A stretch of 40,757 nucleotides of DNA from Rhodobacterales bacterium CG15_BIG_FIL_POST_REV_8_21_14_020_59_13 (GTDB lineage Bacteria; Pseudomonadota; Alphaproteobacteria; Caulobacterales; Maricaulaceae), in contig PFFX01000158.1 in assembly GCA_002783385.1 (NCBI GenBank), positions 1 to 40,757 on the forward strand, read 5' to 3'. Below are positions 19,847 through 28,134 of this stretch, one piece after another. Below the pieces are notes generated by a model. The model did no database searches, was not told where the DNA came from, and worked only from the letters and a program-made list of their open reading frames with translations. Position 1 is the first letter of the stretch. Each line of letters starts with the position of its first letter. The translations under genes were made by a program, and so were the position numbers.

Positions 19847-20586
19847 GCCGTCATCCCGCCACAGACCTTCAGCGTCGTGCCGTTGATGTAGGACGCTTCG
19901 TCACTGGAGAGGAAAGCCACCGCATTTGCCACCTCATCGGCTTCACCATAACGGCCCAGCGGCACCATCATTTTCTGTAATTCGGCGGTCTGGCCATCAG
20001 CCGGATTCATGTCTGTATCAATCGGGCCCGGCTGGATGACATTGGCACGGATGCCCTTGCGGCCAAATTCCCGGCCTGCCGCGCGCGTGATCAGTTCCGC
20101 CGCTGCCTTGGACGAGGAATAGACCCCCACCCCGGCCATCTGGGCGGAATCGCCGGCAACCGAGCCGATGGTCACAATCGACGACCCCGGCTTCATCACC
20201 TGATAGGCGGCCCGCAGGCCTTCGAAGACAGCCGTCACATTGATCGCGAGCATTTCATCCCAGGTCTCGTCCGTGCATTTCGACAGCGAGGTAAGCGGGT
20301 AAACGCCGGAATTATTGACCAGAACATCCAGCCGGCCATAGCGGGCGGCAACGTCCGCGACCAGCTTGGCTGTCTCGCCGCGTTTTGAAGCATCGCAATG
20401 CACCGCTTCGGCTTTCCGTCCCATGCCGCGAATCTCTTCGGCAACGGCTTCAGCCTTGTCCTTTGACCCGCCATAGGTCAGCACAATGTCTGCACCTTCA
20501 GAGGCCAGCCGCCGGGCAATTGAGGCGCCAATACCGCGTGATCCCCCCGTCACCAGCGCCACCTTGCCGTCAAATCTTGATGTCAT
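19843..20586 (-). CDS. short-chain dehydrogenase/reductase
   Basis: TGGSRGIG, VNNSG, YSSSK and PGPIDTDMNP motifs; start MTSRFDGK with GGAGG SD (ORF-track N-terminal extension rejected). Confidence 0.92.
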   Translation of the reverse strand: MTSRFDGKVALVTGGSRGIGASIARRLASEGADIVLTYGGSKDKAEAVAEEIRGMGRKAEAVHCDASKRGETAKLVADVAARYGRLDVLVNNSGVYPLTSLSKCTDETWDEMLAINVTAVFEGLRAAYQVMKPGSSIVTIGSVAGDSAQMAGVGVYSSSKAAAELITRAAGREFGRKGIRANVIQPGPIDTDMNPADGQTAELQKMMVPLGRYGEADEVANAVAFLSSDEASYINGTTLKVCGGMTA

Positions 20587-20668
20587 GTTCAACTCCTCCC
20601 GGTTTTGTACAGACATAGCCCGGCATCCGCCTTTCCCCAATGCCAAATTGCGCCTATCTCCAGATGCC

Positions 20669-21811
20669 ATGACCGGGATCAGATTTCGCACACTTTCCAG
20701 CCTCTCGGAGGTTGAGAAATCCGTATGGGATGCGGTGGCCAACCCGCTGGGCGCGGCATACGACCCCTTCCTGTCCTGGGATTTCCTGCAGGCGCTGGAG
20801 GAAAGCGGCTGCGCTACCACCGAAACCGGCTGGCAAGGCGTACACCTGATCGCCGAGGATGACGGCGGCGCACTTGTGGGTGCCCTGCCCGCCTACGCCA
20901 AATCCCATTCATACGGGGAATATGTCTTTGATCATGCCTGGGCCGATGCCTGGGAGCGGGCCGGAGGGCGGTATTATCCCAAGCTGCTCAGCGCCATACC
21001 CTTCACCCCCGCCACGGGCCGGCGTCTGTTATCTCCGGATACCGGCATCCGCGAGGGGCTGGCAAAAGCCGCCATGTCGATCACGCAGCAGAACGGCTTG
21101 CCGGTCTGGTCGATGAATTTTCCGGCGGAGGATGATAGGAAAATGACCGCCGGGCTGGGCCTTCTGCACCGCGTGGACCGGCAATATATCTGGGAGAATG
21201 CCAGCTATCAGACCTATGATGATTTCCTCGACGATCTTGCCTCGCGAAAACGAAAGGCGCTGAAAAAGGAACGCGCGGCCGCCAATGCCGACATCGAAAT
21301 CGTGGGCCTGACCGGCGCTGATCTTCGACCCGAGCACTGGGACGTTTTTTTTGCCTGCTATCAGGATACGGGCAGCCGCAAATGGGGCACGCCCTATCTC
21401 AATCGCGAATTCTTCGATCTGATCCATCAGCGCATGGCCGACAAGCTCTGGCTGGTGTTGGCCAAGCAGGAGGGCCGCTATATCGCTGCGGCGCTGAATT
21501 TTATCGGATCAGACGCGCTTTATGGCCGCTATTGGGGATGCCTCGTCGATGCCCCCTTCCTGCATTTCGAGCTCTGCTATCATCAGGCCATCGATTTCGC
21601 GATTGAACACGGCCTTTCACGCGTGGAGGCTGGAGCCCAGGGCGAACACAAGCTGGCGCGGGGCTATCGCCCACGCGCGGTCCATTCGGTGCATTACATT
21701 CCGGATGAAGGTTTCCGCCGCGCGCTTGCCGATTTCCTCGATTACGAGCGCGGGGCCGTGCTCGCCGATATCGAAGCGCAACAGGCGGATTTGCCTTTCA
21801 AGCAAGAATGA
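20669..21811 (+). CDS. GNAT-fold FemAB-related protein (DUF482 family)
   Basis: KSHSYGEYVFDHAWA, YYPKLL..IPFTP, LYGRYWG, LHFELCY and EAGAQGEHKLARG motifs; start MTGIRF. Confidence 0.9.
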   Translation: MTGIRFRTLSSLSEVEKSVWDAVANPLGAAYDPFLSWDFLQALEESGCATTETGWQGVHLIAEDDGGALVGALPAYAKSHSYGEYVFDHAWADAWERAGGRYYPKLLSAIPFTPATGRRLLSPDTGIREGLAKAAMSITQQNGLPVWSMNFPAEDDRKMTAGLGLLHRVDRQYIWENASYQTYDDFLDDLASRKRKALKKERAAANADIEIVGLTGADLRPEHWDVFFACYQDTGSRKWGTPYLNREFFDLIHQRMADKLWLVLAKQEGRYIAAALNFIGSDALYGRYWGCLVDAPFLHFELCYHQAIDFAIEHGLSRVEAGAQGEHKLARGYRPRAVHSVHYIPDEGFRRALADFLDYERGAVLADIEAQQADLPFKQE

Positions 21812-21857
21812 CTTTGGCTAAATAAAATCATCTCACTTGTGACTTGGAAAAATAACC

Positions 21858-22289
21858 ATGAGCCTGACCGGCCCCTATGACGACCAGAACATCTTCGCGA
21901 AAATCATTGCGGGTGAAGCCCCGGCGATCAAGATATTCGAGGACGACGTCGCCGTGGCCTTCATGGACATCTTCCCGCAATCGCCCGGTCATTGCCTCGT
22001 TGTGCCCAAAGAGCCCGCGCGCAACCTGCTCGACCTGTCAGACGACATGGCCGCAAAGGCGATCCAGAGCGTCCAGAAGCTGGCACGAGCGGTGGAAGCC
22101 GCGCTTCAGCCTGACGGCATCGTGGTCACCCAGTTCAATGGCGCGCCTGCCGGCCAGACCGTGTTTCATATCCACTTCCACATCATCCCGCGCTGGGAGG
22201 ACGTGCCGCTTGGCCGCCACGGCGGCAAACAGGCGGATATGGATGAATTGAAAGCCCAGGCTGAAAAGATCCGCGCCGCATTCGTCTGA
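21858..22289 (+). CDS. HIT family nucleotide hydrolase
   Basis: NIFAKII, AGQTVFHIHFHIIPR histidine triad. Confidence 0.93.
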   Translation: MSLTGPYDDQNIFAKIIAGEAPAIKIFEDDVAVAFMDIFPQSPGHCLVVPKEPARNLLDLSDDMAAKAIQSVQKLARAVEAALQPDGIVVTQFNGAPAGQTVFHIHFHIIPRWEDVPLGRHGGKQADMDELKAQAEKIRAAFV

Positions 22290-22291
22290 GT

Positions 22292-23110
22292 TCAGACATG
22301 CGGGCTCCACATCACCATCCACGCTCCGAACACGCCCAGCGCAGTCGCGGCGGTCGCGGTGGCCATCAATCCGGAAACTGCCAGTTTGACACCGCCTGAC
22401 CGGCTATCACTGGCCAGAAAATAGAGTTCGAGAATAGCAAGCGGCAGCAAATAGCTGCCAAAGGCGATGAAAACGTCGAACGGTCCGTCCATCGTCCGGC
22501 TGATGCCTATTCCGCCTGTGGATATGGCCCATGCCATATAGCCAAGGCGAGTGAACCAGACACCACTAAGCAGAATGAAGGTCCGCATCGCCCAGCGCCG
22601 GTGTTGATCGACTTTGCGATGCTTGATGAAATAGAAAGCGGTCGCCGCCGTGATCAGCACGAGGATACCATTGATCGTCGTGCCCCAGCCACCCAAAGCG
22701 GTCAGGCGCGAGCCGCGGCCCCAAATCATCCAGATACCGCCAACAGACATCACAACCGCCACCATTAGATAGGTGCGGCCGGTCCAGCGATGGAGGGCCG
22801 GAAAGCGATTCCGGATGGGCGGCATCAACTGCATCGAGCCGCCAATGCAGACAATCGCGGTAAGCATGGCATGAGACACAAAGGCAAGATTTCCGACCAG
22901 ATCACCGGCCGTATAGCCCTGGATCAGTCCAATATCGTCCCAGCTCGCCCAATTGCCGCTGGCAGTAGGCGGTCCATAGGCGGCAATCACATAATAGGCG
23001 AAAAGCCATTGTCCGATTACGGCGACAAGGAACCAGAGAAGCCCGGTGGTCTTGAGCAGTGTGTGGGTACTGAGTGTCCATTGCGGAGGGGAAGCTGTTG
23101 TGTCGACCAT
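22292..23110 (-). CDS. DUF2306 family membrane protein
   Basis: LHRWTGRTY and HRRWAMR motifs, multiple TM segments; start MVDTT with AAGGA SD. Confidence 0.78.
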   Translation of the reverse strand: MVDTTASPPQWTLSTHTLLKTTGLLWFLVAVIGQWLFAYYVIAAYGPPTASGNWASWDDIGLIQGYTAGDLVGNLAFVSHAMLTAIVCIGGSMQLMPPIRNRFPALHRWTGRTYLMVAVVMSVGGIWMIWGRGSRLTALGGWGTTINGILVLITAATAFYFIKHRKVDQHRRWAMRTFILLSGVWFTRLGYMAWAISTGGIGISRTMDGPFDVFIAFGSYLLPLAILELYFLASDSRSGGVKLAVSGLMATATAATALGVFGAWMVMWSPHV

Positions 23111-23191
23111 GATGAATTTTCCTTCTTGTCGTGCCGACCTGGCCGGGACCGTCATCGGCAAAGGCATGGACGATCGGGCGTGTCCTGGCTT

Positions 23192-23209
23192 GCCGATTTG
23201 GAAATCGGC
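23192..23209. promoter_or_regulatory. perfect palindrome GCCGATTT-GG-AAATCGGC, putative operator
   Basis: 8-2-8 inverted repeat between the divergent DUF2306 and AraC genes. Confidence 0.55.
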
Positions 23210-23266
23210 GAAAAAAAGATGGCAAACTTGCATATGTGCCGGGATGGGGCGCATCATGACCCACGA

Positions 23267-24379
23267 ATGGAGGACGCCGTGTTTGCACTTGGCGCAGGAT
23301 TAAAACTGTTTGCGGTGTCTGCGGCGGCGGTCTGGCTCGGATGGATCGCACTTCAGCGTGCCTTTTCGCAACTCCATCTGATCTGGGCCGGCTTCTGCAT
23401 TGGATTGATCGCCATCCTGTTGATCGAGGTGTTGGGCCGCGAAGCGATGGGGGCCGCCTATCCCGTAATGGCGATTGCCAGTTGCACGTCCTGTTCCTTT
23501 TTCTGGCTCACATCCCGTGCGCTTTTTCGTCATGACGCCGCGATTGGCTGGCCCGAAATGGCCATCGTTGCCGGGATTTTCCTTCCGACAATTTTTGACC
23601 AGTTGGCGCTTGGCCTGAATTTTGGCGCGATCATCGGCGAATCCAGTCTCACGCTCTGGATGACCCGGCTGGACGGCATGCAGGCGTTTTTCAGCTCAGC
23701 CGCTCTCGTTCTGGCGTTTGGGGAGGGGCTGAATGGTTGGTCGGGCATTTCCGATAGCGAAAAACGCATCCGCTACCTTTTCCTGTCCAGCTTCGGCGCC
23801 GGCGTTGTGATCTGTGTCATGCTCTTCGATCATGGACGGCTGACATTCGTTTCCCCCGCACTGACGGTACTCATTCAAGGCCTTTGTGCTGCGATGATCA
23901 TGTGCAGCGTCAGCCTCGCCATTATTTTCCGTCAGAAAAACCCCTTGCCTTCAGGCGCTGCGCGAAAAACGCCGCCCGCGACCGAGGAGGAAATGGCAAT
24001 GGCCAAGCGCGCTCATACCCTCGTGGCCGAAGGCGCCTATCTGGATCCGGATCTCAAGGTGTCGACACTCGCCCAGCGCCTGCACGAAAAAGACTACAAG
24101 GTCTCGCGCGCCATCGTCTCGGCGCTCGGACACCCTAATTTCAACCGCTTTATCAATGGGTACCGGATTCGCCATGCCGAAGGTATGCTGGCGGACACTG
24201 CATCCAGCGCCAGCATTCTCGATATTGCACTCGATAGCGGCTTTGCATCGCTGGGTCCGTTCAATCGCGCCTTCAAGGAAGCCAACGGCCTGACGCCGCG
24301 TGAATATCGCAGGCAAAAGGAAAAGGCCGCCACCGGGATCGGTGACGGCCTGTCCGCGTCTGAAGTCTTTGCCGAGTAG
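23267..24379 (+). CDS. AraC family regulator with N-terminal multi-TM sensor domain
   Basis: Hydrophobic N-terminal half; C-terminal NFNRFINGYRI...ILDIALDSGFASLGPFNRAFK...TPREYR HTH; start uncertain (23219-23279). Confidence 0.88.
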   Translation: MEDAVFALGAGLKLFAVSAAAVWLGWIALQRAFSQLHLIWAGFCIGLIAILLIEVLGREAMGAAYPVMAIASCTSCSFFWLTSRALFRHDAAIGWPEMAIVAGIFLPTIFDQLALGLNFGAIIGESSLTLWMTRLDGMQAFFSSAALVLAFGEGLNGWSGISDSEKRIRYLFLSSFGAGVVICVMLFDHGRLTFVSPALTVLIQGLCAAMIMCSVSLAIIFRQKNPLPSGAARKTPPATEEEMAMAKRAHTLVAEGAYLDPDLKVSTLAQRLHEKDYKVSRAIVSALGHPNFNRFINGYRIRHAEGMLADTASSASILDIALDSGFASLGPFNRAFKEANGLTPREYRRQKEKAATGIGDGLSASEVFAE

Positions 24380-24384
24380 GCTTA

Positions 24385-26715
24385 TTAGCGCACCGGCTCC
24401 TTGGTTTTCTTGCGGCCACTGCCCTTGGGCCGTTTCGGCTTGATCCGGTCGCCCGGTGTGATGTCGAAGTCGAGGCGTTCCGCGTCCGCGGCGTCGACAT
24501 CGACTTTCACCAATCCGCCGGATTTCAGCTGGCCAAACAGGATTTCATCGGCCAGCGGCTTCTTGATGTGCTCCTGGATGACGCGGGACAAAGGCCGGGC
24601 TCCGAATTTCTCGTCATAGCCGCGCTTGGCCAGCCATTCCGTCGCCGCATCGGTCAGCTCGAACGAAACCCCGCGGTCAGCCAGTTGCGCTTCCAGTTGC
24701 AACACGAATTTCTCCACCACACGGCCGACAATCGGTTGTGACAGGCCGGCAAATGGAATGATCGCATCAAGACGATTGCGGAATTCCGGGGTGAACAGTT
24801 TTTCAATCGCGGCAATGTCGTCGCCTTCACGCTTGTCGCGGCCAAAGCCGATGGCCTCTTTGGCACCATCGGAGGCACCGGCATTGGTGGTCATGATCAG
24901 CACGACATTGCGGAAATCGACCTTTTTGCCATTGGCATCCGTCAGGCTGCCATGATCCATGACCTGAAGCAGGATGTTGAAGATGTCCGGATGAGCCTTC
25001 TCGATTTCATCCAGCAGCAAGACGGCATGGCGGTGCTGGTCCACAGCATCGGTCAGAAGCCCGCCCTGATCATGGCCGACATATCCCGGTGGGGCGCCGA
25101 TGAGACGCGAAACGGTGTGACGCTCCATATATTCGGACATGTCGAAGCGTAGCAGCTCAACGCCCAGAATGGACGCAAGCTGTTTGGCGACTTCGGTCTT
25201 GCCAACGCCGGTCGGACCAGAAAAGAGATAATTGCCAATCGGCTTTTCCGGTTCGCGCAGACCGGCCCGCGCCAGCTTGATGGCGGACGACAGTTTTTCG
25301 ATGGCCTCATCCTGGCCGAAGACGACATGGCGCAGATCAGACGGCAGTGATTTCAGCGCCGATTCATCATCCTTGGAGACAGATTTTTCAGGAATGCGGG
25401 CAATCTTGGCAACAACGGTCTCGACGTCCTTCACGCCAATGGTTTTCTTCCTCTTGGAGGGCGGAAGCAGACGCATCCGCGCCCCGGCCTCGTCAATCAC
25501 GTCAATCGCCTTGTCCGGCAACTTGCGGTCGGTGATATAGCGCGCCGACAGATCCACGGCGGTCTTTACCGCTTCATTGGTGAAGCGCACATCGTGGAAT
25601 TTCTCGAAATAGGGTTTCAACCCTTGGAGAATTTTGACCGTGTCATCGCGGCTCGGCTCGGTGACGTCTATTTTCTGGAACCGGCGAGCCAGAGCGCGGT
25701 CTTTTTCAAAATGCTGGCGAAATTCCTTGTAAGTGGTCGACCCCATGCAGCGCAGCGTGCCCGATTGCAGGGCGGGTTTCAGGAGGTTTGAAGCATCCAT
25801 GGCCCCGCCCGACGTCGCGCCCGCACCAATCACGGTATGGATTTCATCAATGAAGAGGATGGCACCATCGCGTGCTTCCAGCTCCTTGACGACCTGCTTC
25901 ACACGCTCCTCGAAATCGCCGCGATAGCGGGTGCCCGCCAGAAGCGTGCCCATATCCAGAGAATAGATGGTGGCATCATGCAGCACTTCGGGAACGTCTT
26001 TTTCGATGATCTTGCGCGCCAGGCCTTCGGCGATAGCGGTTTTGCCAACGCCAGGATCGCCGACCAGCAACGGATTGTTCTTGCGGCGGCGGCAAAGCAC
26101 CTGAACGCAGCGTTCGACTTCGACCTCGCGGCCAATCAGCGGGTCAACACCGCCTTCACGGGCCTTGGCGTTCAGATCGACGCAATAGGCCGCGAGCGCG
26201 TCCCCATCCTTCTCATCATCCTCGTCAGCCTCGTCTTCCATGGCACCGCGCACTGGCCGGGCTTCGCTTTCGCCGGGCCGTTTGGCTATGCCATGGGAAA
26301 TATAATTGACCGCATCATAGCGGGTCATGTCTCGCTCGGCGAGGAAATGCGCGGCATGGCTCTCGCGCTCGGCAAAGATTGCGACCAGCACATTTGCACC
26401 GGTTACCTCTTCCCGGCCTGCATTCTGGACGTGAATGACGGCGCGCTGGATCACACGCTGAAAGCCCGTGGTCGGTTTTGCATCTTCATTGTCATCAACG
26501 GCCAGATCGCCCAGCTCGGCATCAACAAAGGCCGTCAGCGTCGATTTCAACTCCCCCAGATCGACGTCGCACGCTTTCATCACACCGGCGGCGTCCTCGT
26601 CATCGACAAGGGCCAGCAGCAAGTGTTCCAGCGTGGCGTATTCATGACCACGCTCATTCGCAAACCCGAGGGCGCGATGAAGCGTGTCTTCGAGAGAAGT
26701 TGAAAATGAGGGCAA
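24385..26715 (-). CDS. clpA: ATP-dependent Clp protease ATPase subunit ClpA
   Basis: Two AAA modules ([16 protein letters not shown]), [11 protein letters not shown]-domain, IGF loop; TTG start. Confidence 0.97.
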   Translation of the reverse strand: MPSFSTSLEDTLHRALGFANERGHEYATLEHLLLALVDDEDAAGVMKACDVDLGELKSTLTAFVDAELGDLAVDDNEDAKPTTGFQRVIQRAVIHVQNAGREEVTGANVLVAIFAERESHAAHFLAERDMTRYDAVNYISHGIAKRPGESEARPVRGAMEDEADEDDEKDGDALAAYCVDLNAKAREGGVDPLIGREVEVERCVQVLCRRRKNNPLLVGDPGVGKTAIAEGLARKIIEKDVPEVLHDATIYSLDMGTLLAGTRYRGDFEERVKQVVKELEARDGAILFIDEIHTVIGAGATSGGAMDASNLLKPALQSGTLRCMGSTTYKEFRQHFEKDRALARRFQKIDVTEPSRDDTVKILQGLKPYFEKFHDVRFTNEAVKTAVDLSARYITDRKLPDKAIDVIDEAGARMRLLPPSKRKKTIGVKDVETVVAKIARIPEKSVSKDDESALKSLPSDLRHVVFGQDEAIEKLSSAIKLARAGLREPEKPIGNYLFSGPTGVGKTEVAKQLASILGVELLRFDMSEYMERHTVSRLIGAPPGYVGHDQGGLLTDAVDQHRHAVLLLDEIEKAHPDIFNILLQVMDHGSLTDANGKKVDFRNVVLIMTTNAGASDGAKEAIGFGRDKREGDDIAAIEKLFTPEFRNRLDAIIPFAGLSQPIVGRVVEKFVLQLEAQLADRGVSFELTDAATEWLAKRGYDEKFGARPLSRVIQEHIKKPLADEILFGQLKSGGLVKVDVDAADAERLDFDITPGDRIKPKRPKGSGRKKTKEPVR

Positions 26716-26718
26716 CGT

Positions 26719-27048
26719 CTATTCCTTTTCCATCGTGCATTGCAGCGGATGCTGCGCGCGCCGTGCCAGATCCATCACCTGTGTCACCTTCGTTTCAGCG
26801 ATCTCGAAGGTAAACACGCCACAGACGCCGACGCCATTCTGGTGGACATGAAGCATGATCTGCGTCGCTTCTTCCGGCGACTTGTTGAAGATCCGCATCA
26901 GGACTTCGATAACGAATTCCATCGGCGTGAAATCATCATTCAGCATCACAACCCGGTACAAAGACGGTTTCTTCGTCTTCGGGCGAGTGCGTGTCGCAAC
27001 CCCTGTCTGGCGATCAGGGTCGCTGGATTTATCGCGGCGCTCGGTCAT
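26719..27048 (-). CDS. clpS: ClpAP adaptor ClpS
   Basis: [16 protein letters not shown]...MLHVH...[10 protein letters not shown]. Confidence 0.96.
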   Translation of the reverse strand: MTERRDKSSDPDRQTGVATRTRPKTKKPSLYRVVMLNDDFTPMEFVIEVLMRIFNKSPEEATQIMLHVHQNGVGVCGVFTFEIAETKVTQVMDLARRAQHPLQCTMEKE

Positions 27049-27076
27049 CAATACGGCTCGTCACTGGGCTCTTATT

Positions 27077-27104
27077 AGATAAGCAAGGTTTGCGCCCTGG
27101 GAAG
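27077..27104 (-). promoter_or_regulatory. putative sigma32 (RpoH)-type promoter of clpS-clpA
   Basis: Minus strand CTTC-N17-CTTATCT versus the alphaproteobacterial heat-shock consensus CTTG-N17-CYTATNT. Confidence 0.4.
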
Positions 27105-27201
27105 ACCTGAAACACCATCCTCAACAGCTTCTGTCCAATCTGGAGCCAAATTGTGACACCGGATCGTTCAAATTCTGGCAGGAGTTTCGTTACCAAAGAG
27201 C

Positions 27202-27236
27202 AAAAGAAAAAGGCCCGGCAGTTAAACCGCCGGGCC
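27202..27236 (-). terminator. Rho-independent terminator downstream of the phasin gene
   Basis: GGCCCGGC-9nt-GCCGGGCC stem followed by TTTTTCTTTT on the minus strand. Confidence 0.85.
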
Positions 27237-27283
27237 AGTTAGGGAGAATGTATCGGACAGACCGGGGGAGAAAGGCCTGCCCG
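27202..27283 (-). ncRNA. candidate SuhB/alpha-r8 (MmgR-like) small RNA in the phasin 3' UTR
   Basis: 10-bp hairpin with a UUUCUCCCCC loop, single-stranded CAUUCUCCCUAACU, then the GC terminator; the 5' end is unknown. Confidence 0.55.
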
Positions 27284-27292
27284 AAATCAGCT

Positions 27293-27982
27293 CTAGCGAG
27301 CCGATTGCACCATTTCGACCGAAGCCGCGAAGCGGTCATTGATCGGCTTGGTAACGTCTTTGACCGCACCGGAATAAATCTCGGAGGTCTTGTTCAGCTC
27401 GGCCAGGAACATGTCCATGGACGACTTCACGAAGTCGGTCTGGACCTCGATCATGTCCTGGACAGATTTGGCAGAAGTCAGCGCCTTGGTGGCAGCAACA
27501 GCTGATTCCATCGACGTCTTGGCATAGGCCACGGCATTCGAGTTCAGCATTTCGGCATTCTTTCCGGCGATGGTGGCGGAAGCGATGACAGCTTCGGCGT
27601 TTTCCTTCTGGAAAGCGTTCAGCTCATTGACCGACTTCAGCGACTTTTCAAAGCCTTCCTTGAAAGCTTCATTACCGGCTGTAGTCATTTGTTCAATCGT
27701 TTCATTGACGGCGTTGTTCTGGGCTTTGGTCATGATTTTGATGTCCTTTTTCGGGGGGGATTTCGTTTTGGTCATGGCGGGCTTGTGAGCTGCGGTCTTC
27801 GGTGCCGCAGTCTTTTTGGCCGCAACCCTTGTGGCTTTTGCCTTTTTGGCTGTTGCCTTCGGGGCCGTCTTCTTCTCGATGCGCGGAGCCGAAGCAGCTT
27901 TGACGGACGGCATATTGGCCGATACTGTCTTGGCTTCAGTTTGCGCCGTTCCGGCAGCAGTTTTTGCGGTCGTATCTGTCAT
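27293..27982 (-). CDS. phaP: phasin (PHA granule protein) with Ala/Lys/Thr-rich N-terminal extension; alternative start at 27733
   Basis: C-terminal phasin-like helices (KENAEAVIASAT...AKSVQDMIEVQTDF...KPINDR); located next to clpS-clpA. Confidence 0.82.
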   Translation of the reverse strand: MTDTTAKTAAGTAQTEAKTVSANMPSVKAASAPRIEKKTAPKATAKKAKATRVAAKKTAAPKTAAHKPAMTKTKSPPKKDIKIMTKAQNNAVNETIEQMTTAGNEAFKEGFEKSLKSVNELNAFQKENAEAVIASATIAGKNAEMLNSNAVAYAKTSMESAVAATKALTSAKSVQDMIEVQTDFVKSSMDMFLAELNKTSEIYSGAVKDVTKPINDRFAASVEMVQSAR

Positions 27983-28063
27983 TTTTAAACTCTCTTGCGA
28001 CTTGTATGTTCGCAGTTGCAGCATTTGTATGCCAAACATTCGCAGTCGCGTCAAGATAAATGT

Positions 28064-28075
28064 TGCGCTGCACCA
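28064..28075 (+). promoter_or_regulatory. PhaR-like operator TGCGCTGCACCA
   Basis: TGC-N3-GCA core upstream of the phasin gene; TTCGCAGT direct repeats at 28009 and 28039. Confidence 0.55.
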
Positions 28076-28134
28076 TAAATTATTTGTGGCGGTCTTAACG
28101 TCACGGAAACGGGTCTGGGGTTGGATCGTTCCCC

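Noticed and set aside
20486-20820. Mutually overlapping N-terminal extensions of the SDR and DUF482 ORFs
   Set aside because: Both have better internal starts (20586 with a GGAGG SD; 20669) that leave a normal divergent spacer
23192-23217. Palindrome plus A-run as a terminator
   Set aside because: The U tract would precede the hairpin on the minus strand and is an A tract on the plus strand; it sits between divergent starts, so an operator fits better
22790-23266. N-terminal 159 aa of the 529-aa AraC ORF (apparent long fusion overlapping DUF2306)
   Set aside because: Overlaps a clear opposite-strand gene and the operator spacer; protein-like TM sequence only begins near MEDAVF
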